DNA from: a bacterium
GTDB lineage: Bacteria > Bacteroidota > Ignavibacteria > Kapaibacteriales > UBA2268
Assembly: GCA_037127915.1 (NCBI GenBank)
Contig: JBAXXL010000011.1
Location: 17,480 to 81,479 of the forward strand
Direction: 5' to 3'
Length of the DNA: 64,000 nt
Shown here: piece by piece, positions 57,707 through 64,000 of the stretch
How positions within the stretch are numbered: the first letter of the stretch is position 1
Layout: each line of letters starts with the position of its first letter
Position numbers and translations under genes: made by a program
The notes under the pieces: model-generated
Seen by the model: the letters and a program-made list of their open reading frames with translations, nothing else
Databases searched by the model: none
What the model was told of the DNA's origin: nothing

Positions 57707-58231
57707 TTAAGCTGATTGGTCGTCCCAATAAAAAATCTTCCAAGGAGTTTCAGGTTGAAAACGCCGTAATTTGAAAAACGCGTTTCCGAATGCATAATCA
57801 TATACAGTTGGTGAGTAATAAACGGTTAAAGTAAACCTTCTATTGACATTCATTAATAACGTATCACCTTGTGTATATTCAACTTCTGACCATATATCGT
57901 TCCAAACAAGCTCTATCTTATAGGCATTTTGAAACAGTTTATTGGTTTTATTCATATCCATTTCTTTATCCCACGATGATTTGTCGCCATTTTCAAAATC
58001 ATAATAGGTGAATGTGAAATCTCTATCCAACAAATTACTATAAACTAATGTATCTTTAAAATTATACGCATAGCAGAAATTCGAAAAAACACCGGCAACT
58101 GTTTTTTGGTCCGATATAATCTGATCCGACGACAAACCATCTGCTAATCGCGGGGCAAACGGATTATTGCAAGCGACTATAATAGTTGCTACTACCGGAA
58201 TTAATATTATATATAGTAACCTGTTTTTCAT
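57707..58231 (-). CDS. Small lipoprotein of unknown function, coupled to giant gene D
   Basis: Lipobox ATIIVAC. 174 aa. Its ATG lies 4 nt after the stop codon of D. Confidence 0.5.
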   Translation of the reverse strand: MKNRLLYIILIPVVATIIVACNNPFAPRLADGLSSDQIISDQKTVAGVFSNFCYAYNFKDTLVYSNLLDRDFTFTYYDFENGDKSSWDKEMDMNKTNKLFQNAYKIELVWNDIWSEVEYTQGDTLLMNVNRRFTLTVYYSPTVYDYAFGNAFFKLRRFQPETPWKIFYWDDQSA

Positions 58232-58235
58232 TAAG

Positions 58236-61200
58236 CTATCTGATAATTATCATTTTTTTGATTATCGTTTTTGTTGCCGTCCGCAACACGTAATAATAGG
58301 CTCCAATACCGTATTTTTCGAGATTAATGGCTATTTCATAATCTCCCGGTTTTTTCTTTCCTTCTTCTAAAATACTTATCAATTTTCCGGTATAATCATA
58401 TAATTCTAACGAAAATTGGCCCTTTTCAATCAAATGATATTTAATTTTTGTCTTCTGGTTAGCCGGATTTGGTTCATTTTGTGATAGAAATAATACTCCT
58501 GTATTGCTTATTCCGCTTCCATCACCGCATACGTTAATTAATTCAAATTCACCATTTTTTTGCAAAATAGAAACATCTTTTCCAATAGATTTAGCTTGTT
58601 CTATCCGTAATTCGGTTTTATTTGTATCTGTCAAAAGTGCAATTAGTTTCAAACGATAAATAGAACTATCTGATTGAGGTAGAGCCGGTAAATTTTCCAA
58701 AATGAGATACCTTACATTGCCGCTAACCGAATCTTTAATACTATCATCAAAATTGAATAGCAGTGACGCATTAAACGAGATTGTAGTGTTATATCCCGAA
58801 ACATCGGGCAGTTCGATATTTTCAGGTGAATATAGCTTTAACGGGACATAAATTGTATCACCAGGCGAAGCTTTGACAAAAGGTAATTGTAATGCCGCTT
58901 CTGCATAAGACCTTATCTCTGCCGAAAGTTTTAGTTCTTTTGCTATTCCACAGCTGTCCATTACAAATAGAGTTTCAGGATAATCTTCACCACTTGTTCC
59001 ACCTAAAAATTCTACAGTAACATTGTAAGTTTCACCTGCCGGCACTATCAAGGGTTGTGACGATTTTATTATATAGTTATTCAAATTGCTGAAATATAGC
59101 TTAATGGCATTCAACGTTAAATTATTTATGGAGAAAGTACGCTCTGCTGGTCGATTCTCTAAAATTCCATCGAATACCAAAGAATCTTGTGAAATCGTCC
59201 AAATATTTAAAATGCTTTTTCCGCTTAAATTTATTTTAAATAGCCCGTTAGTAGTGTTGATTGCGTTGGATTTAAATGTTATTGCAGTATTGAAATCACC
59301 CTCTCCTTTAGGTTCAAAACGAACTCCGACACGATGCTTTTCTCCTGGTTTGACTATAAATCCTAAATTATTTTCTAAACTGAAATTAACCTCATCGTCT
59401 AAATTGATTTCTTCAATCACCAAATTGGAAGTACCTATATTGCCGATTTCTATATCCTTAGACACATCAGCGCCCTGGCATTTTATAGTACCAAAATTTA
59501 AACCGGCTGGAAATTCAACCTGAGCATCTTCTATTCCGACTGTCGCTACCAACAATAAATTAGTCGATTTAACGCAACCATCAAAAAATTGCTGTATGTT
59601 CACAATATTCGTGTCTTTGGAAAAACCTTTGAATAAAACATTTACTTCAACAGAGTCGTTTGGTTGAAGTGAATCGCAATTATTACAGGTTAAATCAAAG
59701 AAACCGATATCCATCGGCAGGGCTAATTTAAACGGTAATGTCCCTATATTATGGATTTTTACTATATCGGATTTTGTTTCATTAGCTTTGGTATTGAAAT
59801 TAACTGTATTCGGTTTTAGTGAAATTTCGTATATTTCTTTTTTACCTTTTAGATTTACAATTTTTTTGGTACTGCTATTATTATATTCAAAAATCATCTC
59901 TAATTCGCTAATATTTGAACCGACTTTTATAGGATTAAACCATATCCGCACATAAGCCGATTCATTTGCCTCTATAGTAATCGGAAATTTTACCTCATCT
60001 AATATACCAAAAGCCGCTTGGTCGAATTGTGATATTTTCGGAAGAAGCAATTTAATATCATCGATACCTATATTTGTAACTTTAAGCGAATCAATAATCC
60101 GCTCTGCTTGACAAATTACATCATCGAATACTAAAGCACTATCATTAATAATTGTGCTTTCAATTCCCTCGCCCCACAATTGAATGATAATTGGTGAATA
60201 ATTGCCGGAATTAAATATTTTTGCTGTACCCGAGTATCTTTGAATTTCTTTTGGTCCAAATTCAAACAACATTTTTTCAGATTTATTTGAGTTCAAAACG
60301 AACTTTTGCTTTCCTGTATAATTGAAAACCCCAAATTTATCATTTATAATTACGCTATCAATTTGAATATCCAAGTCAGAATAATTTGTCAGCGTTGAAT
60401 AATCTTCATTGAGGCCACCTATTATAATTTTTCCAAAATCAATAATGGTTGGTTTTGCATTTGCGACTAATTTAACACCTTCGCCGGATATTTTTGAAGT
60501 AAATCGGCTAGCACCCGAAAAAATTTCAATATCTGCTATATATTCCTTTTCTTCCTGAGGTTTAAACTCATAAAACATACTCAATGGATATTGTGATTTT
60601 AAAGTTACAGCACTTGGAAAGAATACATTAAAAACATCTTTATCTTTGCCTGTGATAAAAATGGAATCCAGTTTGATTGAAAGTGGTGTGGTGTTAACAA
60701 TACCTGCCCAAACTAACGTATCTCGCGGAATGTTTATAGGGGATTTATTAAAATCAATACTTTGCAAATTAGCCGTTCTTTCGTAGATAGTCCAATATTT
60801 TGATATATCTTCTTGCAAAGAAATGTTATAAAATGGAATATCATCCAAAAACCAAATATGAATAAACCCTTTTTTATCGGCTGAAGCAATTCTATATCTT
60901 CCTGTTGACCTGTCCCATTTAACCTCACCTACGTTTGCGCTATGAAATTTATAATTGAAAATACTCTCACTTTTGTCAGTATTTAAAAGATCTATTGATC
61001 TGTTATTGGCGCATATAGCCAATATATTAGTATCAGGGGCAAAAACTGCTTCATACACAGGAGAATCAATTATAGATTTACTCCAAGCTTCTTTATTTTG
61101 AACAACATCCCAGCAAACAATTTTCCTATCACCTGTAGAAACAACAAGTTGCGAACCATTGGCGGAGAATGAAATTGAGTTAACAGCATAATCGAACTTT

Positions 61201-63176
61201 GGTAAAACCTGAGCGTTAAAACCATTTGATGAATGCCAAATCTTCACTTCACCGTTTGCGGAAGTTGCAAATTTTCGACGATCAGGAGAATAAACAATAT
61301 TGGTGATTGGAGCATCGTGAGCCACAATAATATAATTTCTGTTTGGATTATATATGTTCCACTGGCTTACTTTTCCGGTATTGTCTCCACTAAGTAGAGT
61401 ACTTCCTGCTATTCCTTCGGAAAAACATGTTATGCCGGAACCCAATGTGTTGATTGTTAATTCAACTTTATCGGTACTATCTAATTTAAAAACTTTAATA
61501 TATTTATCAGAGGATGAAAAAACAGCCAACGAATCATCAATAACAGCTAATGCACTTAAATTAGAAATTCCCGAAAAACAAAGATTGGAGCGTGTTCCTG
61601 TACTTGCATCCCAAATTGCAATTGCTCCACCAGGGCTTGCTGTGATGATACTATTCCTTTTAGGAAGCCATTCCATATCAAATATTTCTTTTTCGGAAGC
61701 ATCAATAATTACTATTTTATCTTGTGTTATGTTTTTTGTTAATTGAGTAACCTTCATTAAACATTGATCCGAAGTCATGTTCGGGATATTTTTCCATCGA
61801 TAACTCAAACCGGTAGCATTCGGACTAATTTCGTTCCATGATTTTCCTGCGTTTATACTAAAATCTAAACGAACCGGCATATCCGGAGGCACACCACTCC
61901 AGGAAATAGTTGTGTCATTACCAGAAACAAATTTCTCATTTCCGATTGGATCAAGTAAAACCAATGTTTTGTTGCCATCAAATACATCGTAAGAACCCGC
62001 GGAACCATAAAAGTATGTGTTTCGGCAAGCATTGGATAGAACAAAGAACGATGCAAAGTCAAATCCTATTCCTTTTGATGTATAATTTATTTTAAAATAG
62101 TATGAAGAATCTTTGGGTATTGTAATTGGAAATACATCTTCAGGAGTAAAATTTGGATTGGTCGAAATAATATTTGTAATTGTTATTGTATCGAGTTTTG
62201 ATTTAATTCCAATGAAATTAAAATTCTGCGCACCCGCAGGAAGTTCTCCAAAATAAAGCGAATTATCGGGAAGATATTCCAATGAAGAGATTTTTTCGTC
62301 TTCTATATATACATAATCTTTTGAGAAAGTATTCGTTAAATTTTCATCTATAATAATATCTTTTCGGCTGTTGCAGGTTTTAGAAATATAAGTTACTTCT
62401 GTTGCGTTATCATAAGTTTCCAAAGCTAAAATCAAATTGCAGATTTTTTTTACTTCAATTTCCGAATTTACGTTTTCAAATGTGACTCCGCCGGTAGCCC
62501 TTACTAAATCTTTTAACGATTTGGTTGCACCATCTGTAAATGCAATACAATATATAACAGCACTCAAAGCAATCGCTTTTTCTGAAATATCTCGTACATT
62601 CGCTTGCCCGCTACCATCACACAAAAGTACGATCACAGCTTTGTTTTTTGCCTTTTGGGCTAATTTAAGAGCTGATGCAGGTTCATTAAGAAAAGCGGCA
62701 TTATAGTCAATACCGCCAAATAACTCAATGTTATCGAGCGCACTAGTCAAATCGGCTTTATTTGTTGTAAAGTCTTGAAGCAAATAATTATAATAATTAA
62801 AGCCTGTTACAGCAACTTCTGAGGTTGAAAAATTGATATTATCCGCCCAAGAATTAATTGCGATTTTGGTATATTCCATCGGTAATTGATCCATCGAAAG
62901 GGATAAACAGACAGAAAATATTAATGACAGATTGTTAGGAGTGTTGTTATCAGGAACCACCCAATCGAAATCGCTAATCACGTTTTGCCCTTCACGCAAA
63001 ACAATTTCGCTCTTTGATAAATTTTGAATTTCGTTATTTACATCAAAATAAAGGTATTTGCTTTTGATTTGGGGATAATTATCGGTATTTATGTCAAATA
63101 TATAGGATGTCTGAGCTGATAAAATGTTAACAGCTAATATAAATACGAAGGCTATATATTTAAATTTCTCAAACAT
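58236..63176 (-). CDS. Giant secreted VWA-like protein 'D': degenerate-MIDAS VWA + GEKF module + WD40-like propeller + ASH/choice-of-anchor-D repeats + cohesin-like module + T9SS CTD
   Basis: Signal peptide. CLSLS replaces DxSxS (62895..62909) and GGID replaces GTD. WD40-like blades (IAIWD, VSQWN, VKIWH, IVCWD, IHIWF) lie at about 60837..61709. CTD tail ...GAYYYVLRTATKTIIKKMIIIR. Confidence 0.8.
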   Translation of the reverse strand: MFEKFKYIAFVFILAVNILSAQTSYIFDINTDNYPQIKSKYLYFDVNNEIQNLSKSEIVLREGQNVISDFDWVVPDNNTPNNLSLIFSVCLSLSMDQLPMEYTKIAINSWADNINFSTSEVAVTGFNYYNYLLQDFTTNKADLTSALDNIELFGGIDYNAAFLNEPASALKLAQKAKNKAVIVLLCDGSGQANVRDISEKAIALSAVIYCIAFTDGATKSLKDLVRATGGVTFENVNSEIEVKKICNLILALETYDNATEVTYISKTCNSRKDIIIDENLTNTFSKDYVYIEDEKISSLEYLPDNSLYFGELPAGAQNFNFIGIKSKLDTITITNIISTNPNFTPEDVFPITIPKDSSYYFKINYTSKGIGFDFASFFVLSNACRNTYFYGSAGSYDVFDGNKTLVLLDPIGNEKFVSGNDTTISWSGVPPDMPVRLDFSINAGKSWNEISPNATGLSYRWKNIPNMTSDQCLMKVTQLTKNITQDKIVIIDASEKEIFDMEWLPKRNSIITASPGGAIAIWDASTGTRSNLCFSGISNLSALAVIDDSLAVFSSSDKYIKVFKLDSTDKVELTINTLGSGITCFSEGIAGSTLLSGDNTGKVSQWNIYNPNRNYIIVAHDAPITNIVYSPDRRKFATSANGEVKIWHSSNGFNAQVLPKFDYAVNSISFSANGSQLVVSTGDRKIVCWDVVQNKEAWSKSIIDSPVYEAVFAPDTNILAICANNRSIDLLNTDKSESIFNYKFHSANVGEVKWDRSTGRYRIASADKKGFIHIWFLDDIPFYNISLQEDISKYWTIYERTANLQSIDFNKSPINIPRDTLVWAGIVNTTPLSIKLDSIFITGKDKDVFNVFFPSAVTLKSQYPLSMFYEFKPQEEKEYIADIEIFSGASRFTSKISGEGVKLVANAKPTIIDFGKIIIGGLNEDYSTLTNYSDLDIQIDSVIINDKFGVFNYTGKQKFVLNSNKSEKMLFEFGPKEIQRYSGTAKIFNSGNYSPIIIQLWGEGIESTIINDSALVFDDVICQAERIIDSLKVTNIGIDDIKLLLPKISQFDQAAFGILDEVKFPITIEANESAYVRIWFNPIKVGSNISELEMIFEYNNSSTKKIVNLKGKKEIYEISLKPNTVNFNTKANETKSDIVKIHNIGTLPFKLALPMDIGFFDLTCNNCDSLQPNDSVEVNVLFKGFSKDTNIVNIQQFFDGCVKSTNLLLVATVGIEDAQVEFPAGLNFGTIKCQGADVSKDIEIGNIGTSNLVIEEINLDDEVNFSLENNLGFIVKPGEKHRVGVRFEPKGEGDFNTAITFKSNAINTTNGLFKINLSGKSILNIWTISQDSLVFDGILENRPAERTFSINNLTLNAIKLYFSNLNNYIIKSSQPLIVPAGETYNVTVEFLGGTSGEDYPETLFVMDSCGIAKELKLSAEIRSYAEAALQLPFVKASPGDTIYVPLKLYSPENIELPDVSGYNTTISFNASLLFNFDDSIKDSVSGNVRYLILENLPALPQSDSSIYRLKLIALLTDTNKTELRIEQAKSIGKDVSILQKNGEFELINVCGDGSGISNTGVLFLSQNEPNPANQKTKIKYHLIEKGQFSLELYDYTGKLISILEEGKKKPGDYEIAINLEKYGIGAYYYVLRTATKTIIKKMIIIR

Positions 63177-63183
63177 TTTTTTA

Positions 63184-63208
63184 CAAAAAAACCGCCTTTC
63201 GGCGGCTT
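63184..63208 (-). terminator. Rho-independent terminator after the rpoZ-like gene, only ~10 nt upstream of the ATG of D
   Basis: gccgcc gaaa ggcgg(u) on the minus strand, followed by U7. Confidence 0.7.
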
Positions 63209-63212
63209 GAAT

Positions 63213-63521
63213 TTATTCACTCGGCGGCAAAGTAAAATGAAGTTTATCTTCATAGATTTCTTTCATTGCCAAGAAAGTGGGTTTAGGAAGTTTATCAAAT
63301 TTCTTACTGATATTGATTTGGTCCCAGTTCGGTGGTAATCCATCTTCCCTTTGAACAACTTCAACATCTTCCATCTGGATTTTCAGCTCGTTTTTAATTT
63401 GGTCATTAATTTGACGCGCTCTAAAACCCATAGCAACAATTGATTGATATATGGAACCTTTACGCGATTCCTTCATTTTAACTAACACCGGATTAACTAT
63501 GTATTTTTCCAACGTTAACAC
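63213..63521 (-). CDS. rpoZ: Possible RNA polymerase omega subunit (FCB-type)
   Basis: 102 aa. SIYQSIVAMGFRARQIN resembles the omega core N.Y.L...A.KRARQ. It has an apparent GTG start, with an alternative Met at codon 16. Confidence 0.4.
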   Translation of the reverse strand: MLTLEKYIVNPVLVKMKESRKGSIYQSIVAMGFRARQINDQIKNELKIQMEDVEVVQREDGLPPNWDQINISKKFDKLPKPTFLAMKEIYEDKLHFTLPPSE

Positions 63522-63527
63522 CTTATG

Positions 63528-63557
63528 GTAATTACAAAATTTGTAATTACAAAATTA
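63528..63557. repeat. Tandem 15-mer (gtaattacaaaattt / gtaattacaaaatta) in the divergent promoter region
   Basis: Two adjacent copies with 14/15 identity, followed by the inverted repeat caaaatt acgaa aattttg. Confidence 0.8.
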
Positions 63558-63656
63558 CGAAAATTTTGTGAAAAAAAAAATAGCTGAACAATTATTTTTT
63601 TTAAAATAAAATTATTAAATTAGAGTAAGTAAATTTACATAATTTAAAAAAGTTAT

Positions 63657-64000
63657 ATGGAAAAATTATATTTCTCTATTAGCGAAGTAAGCCGCATCGT
63701 GGATGAAGAATCCTATGTCCTCAGATATTGGGAAAAAGAATTCTCATTTTTGAGTCCAAGAAAGAACAATGCCGGCAACAGAGTTTACACTCTAAAAGAT
63801 ATTAAGACGGTAAAAGCAATTCAATATTTATTGAGAAATCAAAAATTGACACTTGCTGAAGCAAAAATCGGATTCAAGGATTTAGACATTAACACATTTG
63901 AATTTGACTTATCAGGTTATGCTAATTTATTCCAAGAACCCGAAAACAAACCACAAGCAATCTCGAAAAGAGAACTTACAGAAATACTTACGATTTTTAA
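63657..64000 (+). CDS. MerR-family HTH transcriptional regulator, 3'-truncated by the window edge
   Basis: Not in the ORF track because it runs off the end. MEKLYFSISEVSRIVDEESYVLRYWEKEFSFLSPRKNNAGNRVYTLKDIKTVKAIQYLL is a MerR-type winged HTH. Confidence 0.75.
   Translation, partial: MEKLYFSISEVSRIVDEESYVLRYWEKEFSFLSPRKNNAGNRVYTLKDIKTVKAIQYLLRNQKLTLAEAKIGFKDLDINTFEFDLSGYANLFQEPENKPQAISKRELTEILTIF

Overview
AT-rich (by eye about one-third G+C) chromosomal segment. It most likely comes from an FCB-group bacterium (Ignavibacteria/Bacteroidota-like). The lineage call rests on three things: seven proteins ending in a T9SS-type C-terminal sorting domain, a DUF1573 protein, and repeated TAnnTTTG '-7' promoter-like boxes. 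About 42 credible CDS and one tRNA-Ser(GCU) are present. No rRNA, CRISPR array, transposase or integrase was seen.

Housekeeping content: miaA, pcm, gatB, a ptb-like acyltransferase, a complete Na+-pumping methylmalonyl-CoA/oxaloacetate decarboxylase operon (mmdA-D-C-B), rho, kdsA, xth, ettA, dnaE, der, argS, an rpoZ-like gene and a partial MerR regulator.

The most unusual content is a four-member paralogous family of giant secreted proteins of 1273-1646 aa, about 17 kb or over a quarter of the window. Each has a signal peptide, an N-terminal VWA domain, a GEKF-type beta module, choice-of-anchor-D/ASH-like Ig repeats, a cohesin-like module and a T9SS CTD. Two members are a translationally abutted tandem pair. 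One carries a 7-repeat DGGY propeller. One carries a WD40-like propeller, a degenerate MIDAS motif and a tightly coupled downstream lipoprotein gene.

Other notable items:
- a class-V aminotransferase gene interrupted by a single in-frame TAG
- a KilA-N + MazG-like two-gene insertion preceded by AT-rich palindromes
- a 1.1-kb gene-poor stretch with a DUF4279-like orphan, GC-clamped hairpins and heptamer microsatellites
- a 26-nt hairpin reused downstream of two T9SS cargo genes

All functional calls come from motif recognition by eye, because no searches could be run.
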